Notes: a model not told the origin generated them from the sequence alone. DNA of 51,693 nucleotides from Alphaproteobacteria bacterium (GCA_036475545.1 JAZGAE010000098.1:1-51693), one strand, 5' to 3'. Shown: positions 34,282 through 43,871, counted from the first letter of the stretch. A program made the numbers and translations.

Positions 34282-34551
34282 TCAGAGGGAGGGGTCGAGG
34301 ATCTCCGTCGGGCCCTTGAGGTCGTAGCGCTCGTCCTCGATGAGCTCGACCCTCACCAGCGACGGGCGTCTCCAGGGAGGGGCCAAGACGCCCTGGCCGG
34401 GCTTGAACCTGGTCGGCACGTCGAAGGCCTCGGCCGCCACGTTGCGCGCACCTTCTTCGTCCGGAGCCCTGACGACGACCCTGCCTCGATGGGAACTGGC
34501 CTGCCAGTTCGGGTCGGTGAGATCCAGCGGCATCAGTCTCCACAACGGCAT
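34282..34551 (-). CDS. Hypothetical protein (89 aa)
   Basis: GGAGG Shine-Dalgarno, GC3-biased codons, globular-looking sequence. Confidence 0.72.
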   Translation of the reverse strand: MPLWRLMPLDLTDPNWQASSHRGRVVVRAPDEEGARNVAAEAFDVPTRFKPGQGVLAPPWRRPSLVRVELIEDERYDLKGPTEILDPSL

Positions 34552-34649
34552 GTCAAGCTCCTCCCATGCGTCCCGAGCGCGTCTCGCGGCCGGGACGCCG
34601 TCTCAGGCGCGGCGTCGGGCCCTGTCCTGGCCGGCCGAAGCCGTGACGT

Positions 34650-35150
34650 TCATTCCTCTCGCGACCAGTTGACGCGAACGAAGTAGCCCTCCGCGTCGTA
34701 GTGAAAGTCGAAATCGCCCTCGTAGGCGTCGAAAAGCTTCTGGCCGATGCGGCGCGGCAGGTGGATGTCGGTGGTGTTGATCACGGTGCAATCTTCCCCT
34801 TGCTCGATGTTCATGATCCGATGCAGGGGGTGCTCCAGCTTTTCCTGTTCCTCCTGATTGCGCGCCAGCTGAAGGATTTCGACCTTGTGCTTCTCGACGA
34901 AGTCGCCGGTGAGCGTCACGACCCCGGCGGGGTACCCGTCGTTGGTCCGATTACAGGCCTGGCAGAGTTCCTCGTGGGCGTCGGCCGGCCGGCGGGCCCA
35001 TTTCCACCTGCCGTCGTGAAAGACGGCGCCGCACTGGGGGCAAACCGTCGGCTCCGGAAGCTTGCGGCGGGTCTTGTAGGGGTCGTGGACGCGCTCGCGG
35101 ATCATGCGGTTCATCCGCGGCTCCCGGCGAAACATGTCTTTCTTCTTCAT
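34650..35150 (-). CDS. BCAM0308-family protein
   Basis: HDPY...EPTVCPQCGAVFHDGRW, LCQAC, EHPLHRIM, HLPRRIG, VRVNWSR; AAGGAGG RBS. Confidence 0.85.
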   Translation of the reverse strand: MKKKDMFRREPRMNRMIRERVHDPYKTRRKLPEPTVCPQCGAVFHDGRWKWARRPADAHEELCQACNRTNDGYPAGVVTLTGDFVEKHKVEILQLARNQEEQEKLEHPLHRIMNIEQGEDCTVINTTDIHLPRRIGQKLFDAYEGDFDFHYDAEGYFVRVNWSREE

Positions 35151-35298
35151 GGGGCCTCCTTGGGCGGTTCGCAGTCCGCGGACGGGGCTTGCTCGCGGAT
35201 CGGTGGCGGGCTCGCGCCCGGGCGCTCGCGGCGGTGTCGGTCCCGCGGGTCTGGGCCGGCGCTAGTTCATAGTATTCCAGGACCGGCCCCTTTCCCAA

Positions 35299-35312
35299 TT
35301 GACATGGGTCAA
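35299..35312. promoter_or_regulatory. FNR/FixK-type box
   Basis: Perfect TTGAC-N4-GTCAA; -10-like TACTAT on minus strand at 35269-35274. Confidence 0.65.
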
Positions 35313-35369
35313 GTGGGGCCGCCACGCTCCCGGACCGGCCCTGCCGCCACCGTCGCGCGCGCCGTCCCC

Positions 35370-36248
35370 TCAGTCCTCGGAAAGGACCGTGATCAGGCTC
35401 GAGGTGTCGAGGCGGCCGCCGCCGCGCGCCTGGATGCGGGCGTAGAACTCATCGACGAGGGCGGTGACCGGCAACGCCGCGCCCGAGCGGCGCGCCTCGT
35501 CCATGCACATCGCCAGGTCCTTGCGCATCCAGTCCACGGCGAAGCCGAAGTCGAACTTGCCCTCGAGCATGGTCTTGGCGCGGTTGTCCATCTGCCACGA
35601 CTGGGCCGCCCCCTTGGAGATGACCTCGACCGCTCGTTCCGCGTCGAGCCCCGCCTTGACGGCGAAGTCGAGTCCCTCGGCGAGCGCCTGGATGAGCCCC
35701 GCGACGCAGATCTGGTTGACCATCTTGGTGAGCTGGCCGGAGCCCGCGGGCCCCATGAGCTCGACGGCCCGGGCATAGGTGGCGATCACCGGCTCGGCGC
35801 GGGCGAAGTCGGGCTCAGAGCCGCCGACCATGACGGTGAGCCGGCCCTGTTCGGCCCCCGACTGGCCCCCCGAGACGGGCGCGTCGAGGAAGCCGATCCC
35901 CCGCGCGCGGGCCGCCTCGTTGAGCTCGCGCGCCACGTCGGCCGAGGCGGTGGTGTGGTCGATGAGCAGCGCGCCCTTGGCCATGCCCGAAAGGGCGCCG
36001 TCCGCCCCCAGCGCGACTTGGCGCAGGTCGTCGTCGTTGCCGACGCAGACGAGCACCATTTCGGCGTCTCGGGCGGCGGCGGCGGGGGAGGGGGCCGTCG
36101 CGCCGTCGTGCCGCTCGGCCCAGAGGGCGGCCTTGGAGGCGGTGCGGTTGTAGACGGTGACTCGATGGCCGGCGCGCGCCAAGTGCCCCGCCATGGCAAA
36201 GCCCATGGTGCCGAGGCCGAGAAAGGCGACCTTCTTCGTCTCGCTCAT
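35370..36248 (-). CDS. NAD(P)-dependent oxidoreductase, beta-hydroxyacid dehydrogenase family
   Basis: FLGLGTMG, YNRT, DAPVSGG, GSGQLTKMVNQ, KDL. Confidence 0.92.
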   Translation of the reverse strand: MSETKKVAFLGLGTMGFAMAGHLARAGHRVTVYNRTASKAALWAERHDGATAPSPAAAARDAEMVLVCVGNDDDLRQVALGADGALSGMAKGALLIDHTTASADVARELNEAARARGIGFLDAPVSGGQSGAEQGRLTVMVGGSEPDFARAEPVIATYARAVELMGPAGSGQLTKMVNQICVAGLIQALAEGLDFAVKAGLDAERAVEVISKGAAQSWQMDNRAKTMLEGKFDFGFAVDWMRKDLAMCMDEARRSGAALPVTALVDEFYARIQARGGGRLDTSSLITVLSED

Positions 36249-36330
36249 CGGCTGGTGTGCTGCTGTTCCCCGGAGGTCCCCTCAGATACCCGAAACCTGT
36301 GCGCCGCACAACGTTTCGGGTGCGAACCGT

Positions 36331-37170
36331 TCACTCGGCGCCCTTGGCCTCGAGCCAAAGCGCCTCCATTTCCTCGAGGCTGGCGTCCGCGGGGGTGCGC
36401 CCTTGCTCGGCCAGCGCCGCCTCGATGTGGCGGAAACGCCGTTCGAACTTGGCGCTGGTGGCCCTGAGCGCCTGTTCCGGATCGCAGTCCAGGTGGCGGG
36501 CGAGGTTGACGAGGCCGAAGAGGAGGTCGCCGACCTCGTCCTGGATGCGCCCGGGATCGGGGCCTTGCCCCCCGGCGGGCTCGAGTTCGGCCCGGAGCTC
36601 CGCGATTTCCTCTTCGATCTTGTCCAGGACCTGGGCGGCCTTGGGCCAGTCGAAGCCGACGCGGGCGGCGCGCTTCTGCAGCTTCTCGGAGCGGGTGAGG
36701 GCAGGGAGCCCAAGCGGTATGCCGTCGAGCACGCCGTGGCGTTCCTCGGCCACTCTGGCGCGGGAACGGCGCTCGGCGGCCTTGTGCTCCTCCCAGGCGA
36801 CCGTCTGGGCCTCCGCGGTCTCCACCTGGGCAACGCCGAACACGTGCGGGTGGCGGCGCACCATCTTGTCCGCGATCCGCTCGGCCACGCGGTCGAAATC
36901 GAAGAGGCCGGCCTCGGCCCCCATCCGGGTATAGAAGACCACTTGGAACAGGAGGTCGCCCAGCTCCTCTTCGAGCGCCGCCATGTCGCCCCGCTCGATG
37001 GCGTCGGCGACCTCGTAAGCCTCCTCGATGGTGTAGGGCGCGATGGTCTTGAACGTCTGCTCCAGGTCCCACGGGCAGCCTGCGTCGGGGTCGCGCAGGC
37101 GCGCCATCACCTCTATCAGGCGATCGATGGGGCGGGGTTCAGGCCGGGGCGCGGGCTTGGCGCGGGTCAT
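36331..37170 (-). CDS. mazG: Nucleoside triphosphate pyrophosphohydrolase MazG
   Basis: GCPWD, EEAYEV, EELGDLL, RRHPHVF, GFDW, second DEVGDLLF; start uncertain. Confidence 0.95.
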   Translation of the reverse strand: MTRAKPAPRPEPRPIDRLIEVMARLRDPDAGCPWDLEQTFKTIAPYTIEEAYEVADAIERGDMAALEEELGDLLFQVVFYTRMGAEAGLFDFDRVAERIADKMVRRHPHVFGVAQVETAEAQTVAWEEHKAAERRSRARVAEERHGVLDGIPLGLPALTRSEKLQKRAARVGFDWPKAAQVLDKIEEEIAELRAELEPAGGQGPDPGRIQDEVGDLLFGLVNLARHLDCDPEQALRATSAKFERRFRHIEAALAEQGRTPADASLEEMEALWLEAKGAE

Positions 37171-37388
37171 GCGGGCCTCGTGTTTGGGCGCCGCCGCCAC
37201 CATAGCCGACGGCTGCGGACGGGAAAAGGCCGAGCCACGGGGCGCGCGGGGCAGGGCCCGGCCCGCGGCCGATCAAGGCCAAAGGGCGCCTCGAGGTCCC
37301 GGGGCGAGGGGACCGGCTAGGGGGTCGCATGAATCGACTGGTGGTACACTGGGCGTTACTGGTTTCCGCGACGGGAAGGAGGACGGCC

Positions 37389-37916
37389 ATGACCAGGTTG
37401 CAAGCACTTGTCGCGCTCGCGTGGAGCGCCGCCATCGCGGCCGCAGCGTGGATCCCGCCGGCGCAAGCGCAGCCCACGCAAAAGGCGCCGCTCGAGTTTC
37501 GCGCGGACATGTCACTGGCGCTCGCCCTCGACGCCGCCAGGGCCGCCATCGACGCCTGCTTCGAGAAGCACTGGTACGTGGCCGCGACGGTGGTCGACCG
37601 CGCCGGGCATGTGAAGGCCGCGCTGCGGGTGGACGGCGCAGGACCCCACACGCTGGATTCAAGCCGGCGCAAGGCTTACACGGCGGCAACCCTGGGCCTC
37701 GCCACCACCGAGGCCGAGAGAATCGCGCGTGAGGACCCGACCGCTACCGGGCTCAGGGACATCGACGGCTTTCTGCTCCTCGGCGGCGGACTGCCGATCC
37801 GGTTCCAGCAGCGCGTGATCGGCGCGATCGGCGTCGGCGGCGCGCCGGGTGGCGAGAAGGACGACATGTGCGCCGAGGCCGGCATCGCCGCGATAGAGAA
37901 ACGCTTGGCGCCGTAA
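37389..37916 (+). CDS. Exported GlcG/HbpS-family heme-binding protein
   Basis: Signal peptide ending AQA; VVDRAG, KAYTA, GGGLPI, IGAIGVGGA. Confidence 0.88.
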   Translation: MTRLQALVALAWSAAIAAAAWIPPAQAQPTQKAPLEFRADMSLALALDAARAAIDACFEKHWYVAATVVDRAGHVKAALRVDGAGPHTLDSSRRKAYTAATLGLATTEAERIAREDPTATGLRDIDGFLLLGGGLPIRFQQRVIGAIGVGGAPGGEKDDMCAEAGIAAIEKRLAP

Positions 37917-37932
37917 TTTAGCGAGGCGCGAT

Positions 37933-37996
37933 TTTTTCGAGGCGAACGATACCGGAATTTTTCGAGGGGGGACTTTTTCGAGGCGAACGATACCGG
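37933..37996. repeat. Two exact 23-bp direct repeats with a partial copy between
   Basis: TTTTTCGAGGCGAACGATACCGG at 37933 and 37974; TTTTTCGAGG at 37958. Confidence 0.85.
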
Positions 37997-38035
37997 GGAG
38001 GTGGCCAGGGACGTTGTTACGGTATCGTAACGAGT

Positions 38036-38063
38036 TTATCGCATAATAGATATTATGGAAAAT
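38036..38063 (+). other. dif: dif site (XerC/XerD recombination site)
   Basis: TTATCGCATAA-TAGATA-TTATGGAAAAT has the 11-6-11 layout and CGCATAA-N6-TTATG core of proteobacterial dif; intergenic, AT-rich, at the switch in gene orientation. Confidence 0.85.
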
Positions 38064-38153
38064 ACTGGGACGCTCTGGACCTCAGTTTCAAGCGCTCTTT
38101 TCCATTGGCTTCCATTGCGTTATCTTCTGTTCCTCACTTCGGCCGTTAGCACG

Positions 38154-38801
38154 TCAGCCGCCTAACGGCTCGAAGCGACCACTTCTCGGCTCGAAGCGGT
38201 AAAGGGTGCCGGTCCCGATGTCGAAGTGCCACCCGTGCAGTCTTAGGCACCCTTTCTTGGCTGCGTTGTCGATCCAGGGAAACGTGCGAAGGTTTTCCAG
38301 CGACACCACGATCGCCGCCTTCTCAAGGGCGCGCAGCCGCTCGTCCTCCGAAGCGGCAGCCAAATCGCTGGCCGCGATGTCGCGCGCCTTGCGGGCGATC
38401 GCCATCCATGGATCTATGAATTCCGGTCCGCCTTCAGCGACGGGCGTGCCCTGCATCAAAGCGTTGACGCCGCCACATTTCGAGTGGCCCAGAACGATGA
38501 TCTCCTCGACAGCGAGGAACCGGACGGCGAACTCGAGCGCAGCGCTGGTTCCATGATAGCTGCCGTCCGGCTGGTAGGGCGGCACTAGGTTGGCGACGTT
38601 GCGCACCATGAACAGGTCGCCAGGCGACGCGCTCGTGATGAGCGCAGGATCGACCCGCGAGTCCGAGCAGGCGATCACCATCACCTTGGGCGTCTGCCCC
38701 TCGGTCGCAAGGTCCCGGAACAACTCCTTGTTTTTCTGAAAGAATCCGGCACGAAACCTCCGGTAACCTTCGAGAAGGCCAGCGATGTGATCCAACCCCA
38801 T
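38154..38801 (-). CDS. Beta-class carbonic anhydrase
   Basis: CSDSRV, RNVANLVPP, ALEFAV, GHSKCGG. Confidence 0.95.
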   Translation of the reverse strand: MGLDHIAGLLEGYRRFRAGFFQKNKELFRDLATEGQTPKVMVIACSDSRVDPALITSASPGDLFMVRNVANLVPPYQPDGSYHGTSAALEFAVRFLAVEEIIVLGHSKCGGVNALMQGTPVAEGGPEFIDPWMAIARKARDIAASDLAAASEDERLRALEKAAIVVSLENLRTFPWIDNAAKKGCLRLHGWHFDIGTGTLYRFEPRSGRFEPLGG

Positions 38802-38855
38802 CTCTCCCTTGCGAGTAGGCCGACAGGCTCGGTGGAACCTGATCCGGCGGCGAGC

Positions 38856-39626
38856 CTAGTCACCCACTTCCAACGCGAGGCCGTCGTGGGCCGGCACGAC
38901 GCCTTCGGGCAGCCGCGCCGCGAGGTCGTCGTAGTCGAGGGTCTGGTTCATGTGGATGAGCACGGCGCGCTCGGGCTTAACGCGCGCGATCCAGCCCAGC
39001 GCCTTGTCGAGATGGGCGTGGGTCTCGTGCGGCCGCAGGCGCAGGCAGTCGACGATCCAGAGCGTCACCCCTTCGAGCGCGGCGAAGGCGGCCTCGGACA
39101 AGTCCACCGCGTCCGTCGAATACGCCGCCGGCCCGAAGCGGTAGCCCGTGGTGGTGGAAAACCCGTGGTCCTGTTCGAAGGGCACGACCTCGATCTCGCC
39201 CACCGCGAACGGCCCGCTCACCTCGTGCGGGATCAGGTGCGGCTTGTAGTAGCCGTGGCCGGGCCGGATCGGCTCGAACACATAGCCGAAGCGGGCGCGG
39301 AGATCAGCCATGGTCTCGGCGCTGCCGTAGACGCCGAGAGGTGCGTTCATGCGGCGGTTGACGGGGCGCAGGTCGTCGATGCCGTTGACGTGGTCGGCGT
39401 GGGTGTGGGTGTAGAGCACCCCATCGAGCCTGGACACGCCTGTGCCCAGCAACTGCTGGCGCAGGTCCGGCGAGGTGTCGACCAGCAGCGTGGTGTCCCC
39501 CTTCTCCACCAGGATCGAGACCCTGAGCCTACGGTTCCTGGGGTTCTCGGGGTTGCACGCGCCCCAGTCGTCGCCGATCAGCGGCACGCCGCCCGATCCG
39601 CCGCATCCCAGGATGGTCACGCGCAT
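38856..39626 (-). CDS. MBL-fold metallo-hydrolase (PhnP-like)
   Basis: LGCGGSGGVP, THTHADH, AYSTD; follows tatD. Confidence 0.9.
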   Translation of the reverse strand: MRVTILGCGGSGGVPLIGDDWGACNPENPRNRRLRVSILVEKGDTTLLVDTSPDLRQQLLGTGVSRLDGVLYTHTHADHVNGIDDLRPVNRRMNAPLGVYGSAETMADLRARFGYVFEPIRPGHGYYKPHLIPHEVSGPFAVGEIEVVPFEQDHGFSTTTGYRFGPAAYSTDAVDLSEAAFAALEGVTLWIVDCLRLRPHETHAHLDKALGWIARVKPERAVLIHMNQTLDYDDLAARLPEGVVPAHDGLALEVGD

Positions 39627-39629
39627 GGC

Positions 39630-40415
39630 TCAGGCGGGCTTCTCGGCCTTGGTGAACAGGCGGAAGAAGTTGTCCGTCGTGGCTTCCGCCAGGGCCTCGG
39701 GCGCCATTCCCTTGAGTTCGGCCATCTTCTCCGCCGTATAGACGACGAAGGCGGGCTCGTTGCGCTTGCCCCGCTTGGGCACGGGCGCGAGGAAGGGCGC
39801 GTCGGTTTCCACCAGCAGGCGATCGATGGGCACGTCCTTGGCGATGGCCTGAAGCTCGTCGGCCTTCTTGAAGGTGACGATGCCCGAGAACGAGATGTAG
39901 AACCCCAGCTCGAGCGCGCACCGGGCCAGCGCCGCGGACGCGGTGAAGCAGTGGACGAGGCCGGAAACGTGCCCCTTTCCGCACTCCTCGCGCAGGATGT
40001 CCATGGTATCCGAATCGGCGTCGCGGGTGTGCACGATCACCGGCAGCCCGGCCTCGCGCGCGGCCGCGAGATGCGCGCGGAAGCCCGCCCTCTGCCGCTC
40101 GCGGCTGCTGTGCTCGTAATAGTAATCCAGCCCGGTCTCGCCGATGCCGACGACCCTGGGATGAGAGGACCGCGCCACCAGCGCTTGCGCGTCCGTGGCC
40201 CCGTCCTCGGCGTCCGCCTGGTGAGGGTGGACGCCCACCGAGCAATAGACGTCGTCAAAGGCCTCCGCGATCTCGCGGACGCCCTCGAACGTGCTGAGCC
40301 GGGTGGAGATGGTCAGAATCGCGCCGACCCCCGCCTCCCGCGCCCGCTCGATTACGGCGTCGCGCTCGCCCGCGTACTCGGGGAAATCCAGGTGGCAGTG
40401 GCTGTCCACCAGCAT
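39630..40415 (-). CDS. tatD: TatD-family nuclease
   Basis: DSHCH, GVHPH, IGETGLD, VHTR, HCF, ETDAPFL. Confidence 0.94.
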   Translation of the reverse strand: MLVDSHCHLDFPEYAGERDAVIERAREAGVGAILTISTRLSTFEGVREIAEAFDDVYCSVGVHPHQADAEDGATDAQALVARSSHPRVVGIGETGLDYYYEHSSRERQRAGFRAHLAAAREAGLPVIVHTRDADSDTMDILREECGKGHVSGLVHCFTASAALARCALELGFYISFSGIVTFKKADELQAIAKDVPIDRLLVETDAPFLAPVPKRGKRNEPAFVVYTAEKMAELKGMAPEALAEATTDNFFRLFTKAEKPA

Positions 40416-41977
40416 CAGGCCCCCTCCTCCGCCTCTTCCTCGACGTAGCGCGGGAACACGGCCACCGGTTTCGGCAGCGCGGTTCCGGGCTCGAGCGCGT
40501 GATCGGGCCCGAGGTTTGCGAAGCTGCGGGTGTCCGCCGCCACCGCCAGTTGGTCGAGGATCTTGCCCGCCGAGTCCGGCATGAAGGGCTGGGCCAGCAT
40601 GCCGAGATGGCGGATGACCTCCGCCAACACGTAGAGCACCGTCGCCATGCGCGCGGGGTCCGTTTTCTTGAGCTCCCACGGGGCCTGTTCGTCGACGTAG
40701 CGGTTGGCGTCCCCGATCACCCGCCACATCGCCTCGAGCGCCTTGTGGAAGGCTTGTTCGTGGAGCGAGGCGCGCATGGCGGCGCACAGCCCGTATGTTG
40801 CCTCGAGCAGCGCCTCGTCCCCCTGTGCGAGCGCGCCCGGCTTGGGCACTTCGGCCCCGCAGTTCTTGTGGATCATGGCCAGCACCCGCTGCGCGAGGTT
40901 GCCGAAGTCGTTGGCCAGATCGCCGTTCATGCGGTGGACCATGGCGCGGTGGGAGAAGTCGCCGTCGTTGCCGAAGGGCACCTGGCGCAAGAGGAAGTAG
41001 CGCACCGGGTCCAGACCGTACCTCGCGATCAAGTGATGGGGATCGATGATGTTTCCGAGCGATTTCGAGATCTTCTGGCCCTCGTTGGTCCACCAGCCGT
41101 GGGCGAACACCCGCTTCGGCGGCTCGAGGCCTGCCGCCATCAGGAAGGCGTGCCAATAGATGGTGTGGAAGCGCAGGATGTCCTTACCTACCATGTGAAG
41201 ATCGGCCGGCCAGAACGTTGAAAAATCTGCACTTTCCGCGTCAGGATACCCAACGCCCGTGAGGTAGTTGGTGAGCGCGTCGATCCACACGTACATGACG
41301 TGGTCGGGGTCGTCCGGTACCGGCACGCCCCATTTGAAGCTGGTCCGCGAGATCGAGAGGTCGCGCAGGCCCGAGCGGATGAAGCTGACGACCTCGTTGC
41401 GCCGGCTGTCGGGGCCGATCGCCTCCGGGTGCGCCGCGTAGAACTCCAGCAGCGGCTCCTGCCATGCGGACAGGCGGAAGAAGTAGCTCGGCTCCTCGAC
41501 CCACTCGACCTCGGCGCCGGTGGGCGCCAGCTTGCGGCCTTGCTCGTCCTCGACGAGCTCGCTTTCGGCGTAGAAGGCCTCGTCGCGGATCGAATACCAG
41601 CCCGCGTAGGTGCCGAGATAGATGTGGCCGCCGGCCTGAATCTTAAGCCAAAGCTCCTGTACCGAGGCCTTGTGGCGCGCCTCGGTGGTGCGGATGAAGT
41701 CGTCGTTGCTGTAGTTCATGACCGTCGTCAAGTCGCGGAAGTTCTGCGACATTTCATCGACGAAGGCCTGCGGCTCCATGCCCGCGCCGGCGGCGGCCTT
41801 CTCGACCTTCTGGCCGTGTTCGTCGGTGCCGGTCAGGAACTTCACCCTGCGCCCGTCGAGCCGCATGAAGCGGGCCAACACGTCGCAGGCAAGCGTGGTG
41901 TACGCGTGCCCGATGTGGGGCAGGTCGTTGACGTAGTAGATCGGGGTGGTGACGTAGTATGGGATCTGCCCGGACAT
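40415..41977 (-). CDS. metG: Methionyl-tRNA synthetase
   Basis: TTPIYY, HIGH, GTDEHG, GKDILRFH, KISKS. Confidence 0.97.
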   Translation of the reverse strand: MSGQIPYYVTTPIYYVNDLPHIGHAYTTLACDVLARFMRLDGRRVKFLTGTDEHGQKVEKAAAGAGMEPQAFVDEMSQNFRDLTTVMNYSNDDFIRTTEARHKASVQELWLKIQAGGHIYLGTYAGWYSIRDEAFYAESELVEDEQGRKLAPTGAEVEWVEEPSYFFRLSAWQEPLLEFYAAHPEAIGPDSRRNEVVSFIRSGLRDLSISRTSFKWGVPVPDDPDHVMYVWIDALTNYLTGVGYPDAESADFSTFWPADLHMVGKDILRFHTIYWHAFLMAAGLEPPKRVFAHGWWTNEGQKISKSLGNIIDPHHLIARYGLDPVRYFLLRQVPFGNDGDFSHRAMVHRMNGDLANDFGNLAQRVLAMIHKNCGAEVPKPGALAQGDEALLEATYGLCAAMRASLHEQAFHKALEAMWRVIGDANRYVDEQAPWELKKTDPARMATVLYVLAEVIRHLGMLAQPFMPDSAGKILDQLAVAADTRSFANLGPDHALEPGTALPKPVAVFPRYVEEEAEEGA

Positions 41978-42047
41978 GTGCGCTCCCGCGGACTAGGCTT
42001 GCCCTAAGCTTGGTCCCCGATGCTCGGCCGTAGGCGCCGGACTGGCT

Positions 42048-43163
42048 TCAGGGGCGAGTCACATTCTCCAGGGCGAGGAAGGCGTTGAGTACGACCTGCT
42101 TGCGGTCGAGGTTGACAGCTTGGGCCCGGGTGAATAGGCGCGTGACCTTTTCCCACACCCCTACCCATTGATCAAGGTCTGCCCGCGCCAACAGTCGGTC
42201 CATGCACGCGGCCTCGCCCGGCACGATCTCTTGCGCTTCGCTTGCGCCGCGCCCGGCGGCGCCGATGCGGATCATGCGCGCGAGCCACCAGCCGAGCAAT
42301 CCGGCCACGGCGCGGAAGCGCGCCTCGGCCCCCCGCCGCGCCAGCCTGTCCGCGAGCCCGTGCAGCGCGGCGGCGTCGAGCCTCGGCAACGACGAAACGA
42401 GCTCCACCATCTCGTGATAGAGGTCGAGTCCTCCTTCACCGGCGAGCCGGAGCGCCCCGCCGGGGCTCCCTTCGGCGAGCCGCGCGAGGATGGCCACGTC
42501 GGCCGGGGCCAGGTCCGGGCGGAGCCGCGAGAGGACCGTCTCGACGGCCTCGTCATCGAGCGGGCGCAGCGTCAGGCGCCGGCAGCGCGACCGGATGGTG
42601 GCGGGCACCCTTCCCGGGTTGTGGCCGACGAGCAGAAGCAGCGCCCGGGCGGGCGGCTCTTCCAGGATCTTGAGGAGCGCATTGGCGGCGTTCCGGTTCA
42701 TGTCGTCCGCGGGATCGACGATCACCACCCGCCAGCCGCCCTCGGCCGCGGTCATGTGCAGGAAGGCGCTGACCGAACGCACGTCGGCGACGACGATCTC
42801 GGACCTCAATTTCCCGCTGTTGGGGTCGATGCTGCGCGCCACGGTCACCAGGTCGGCGTGCCCGCCGGACGCGACCCGCTTGAACAGCGTGGACTCGGGG
42901 TCCACACGGAGGTCGTCGGCGGCCGATCCGAACAGGCCCGGTTCCCCCCCGCCGGCGAGCACGAACCGGGCGAAGCGGAAGGCCAGCGTCGCCTTGCCGA
43001 TCCCTTCCGGGCCGGCGATCAGCCAGGCGTGGGCGAGCCGCCCCGACCGGTGGGCTTCGAGAAGGGCGCGCTCGGCGCCGTCGTGGCCGATCAGATCGGG
43101 ATTTTCGCGGGGCTCGGGCCAGTCCGCGGGCTCGCCCGCCCCTTCCTTGCCGGTCGCGCTCAT
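42048..43163 (-). CDS. holB: DNA polymerase III delta' subunit
   Basis: HAWL, GIGKATLA, AANALLKILEEPP, TIRSRC. Confidence 0.93.
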   Translation of the reverse strand: MSATGKEGAGEPADWPEPRENPDLIGHDGAERALLEAHRSGRLAHAWLIAGPEGIGKATLAFRFARFVLAGGGEPGLFGSAADDLRVDPESTLFKRVASGGHADLVTVARSIDPNSGKLRSEIVVADVRSVSAFLHMTAAEGGWRVVIVDPADDMNRNAANALLKILEEPPARALLLLVGHNPGRVPATIRSRCRRLTLRPLDDEAVETVLSRLRPDLAPADVAILARLAEGSPGGALRLAGEGGLDLYHEMVELVSSLPRLDAAALHGLADRLARRGAEARFRAVAGLLGWWLARMIRIGAAGRGASEAQEIVPGEAACMDRLLARADLDQWVGVWEKVTRLFTRAQAVNLDRKQVVLNAFLALENVTRP

Positions 43164-43795
43164 GCGAGCTTCAACTCCAGCCTTTCCGAAACCACCGTAC
43201 GAATGGCCGCTTGAACCTCGGCCACCTCGCCCGCCGCGTCGACGACTACGCAGCGATCGGGCTCGCGCCGGGCGATGTCGAGGAATCCTTCCCGCAGTCG
43301 CTCGTGGAAGTCGAGCCCCATGCGCTCGTAGCGTTGTTCGCCGCCGCGGCCGGCGGCGCGCCCGAGCCCCGCCGCCACGGGCAGGTCGAGGATGAGGGTC
43401 AAGTCGGGGGCGAAGTCCCCCACCGCGACGCGGTAGAGGCACTCAACCACCTCGCGGCCGAGGCCGAGGCCGTATCCCTGGTAGGCCATGGTGGAATCGG
43501 CGAAGCGGTCGCAGACCACCCACCGGCCCTCCTCGAGCGCCGGCCACACCGTGCGGACCAGGTGATCCCGTCGCGCCGCGAAGTGCAGGAGCGCTTCGGT
43601 CGCGGCGTCCCACCGGTCGACAGCGCCGTCGACGAGGAGCGCCCGGATCTGCTCCGCTCCCGGCGCGCCGCCGGGCTCGCGCGTGGCGAGCACCGCGAGT
43701 CCGGCCTCGCCCAGGCCCTGCGCCAAGAGCGCCGCCTGGGTGGACTTGCCGGCCCCCTCCCCGCCCTCGAGGGTGATGAACCTGCCGCGGGTCAA
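43160..43795 (-). CDS. tmk: Thymidylate kinase
   Basis: EGGEGAGKST, TREPGG, DRFADSTMAYQG. Confidence 0.96.
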   Translation of the reverse strand: MTRGRFITLEGGEGAGKSTQAALLAQGLGEAGLAVLATREPGGAPGAEQIRALLVDGAVDRWDAATEALLHFAARRDHLVRTVWPALEEGRWVVCDRFADSTMAYQGYGLGLGREVVECLYRVAVGDFAPDLTLILDLPVAAGLGRAAGRGGEQRYERMGLDFHERLREGFLDIARREPDRCVVVDAAGEVAEVQAAIRTVVSERLELKLA

Positions 43796-43871
43796 CCGCG
43801 GCCGTTGCCCGCGCCGCCGCCCGCCCGCGGCGCTCCGTTCCCGCCCGACCCAGGCTCGTTCGGCCGGGCGA

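Noticed and set aside
37933-37996. Possible mini CRISPR array
   Set aside because: Only two repeats; the 18-bp spacer is itself a partial repeat; no cas genes.
36331-40415. MazG, MBL hydrolase and TatD as an anti-phage system
   Set aside because: All are housekeeping-type copies in their usual context (metG-tatD-MBL; tandem-domain MazG near hflX).
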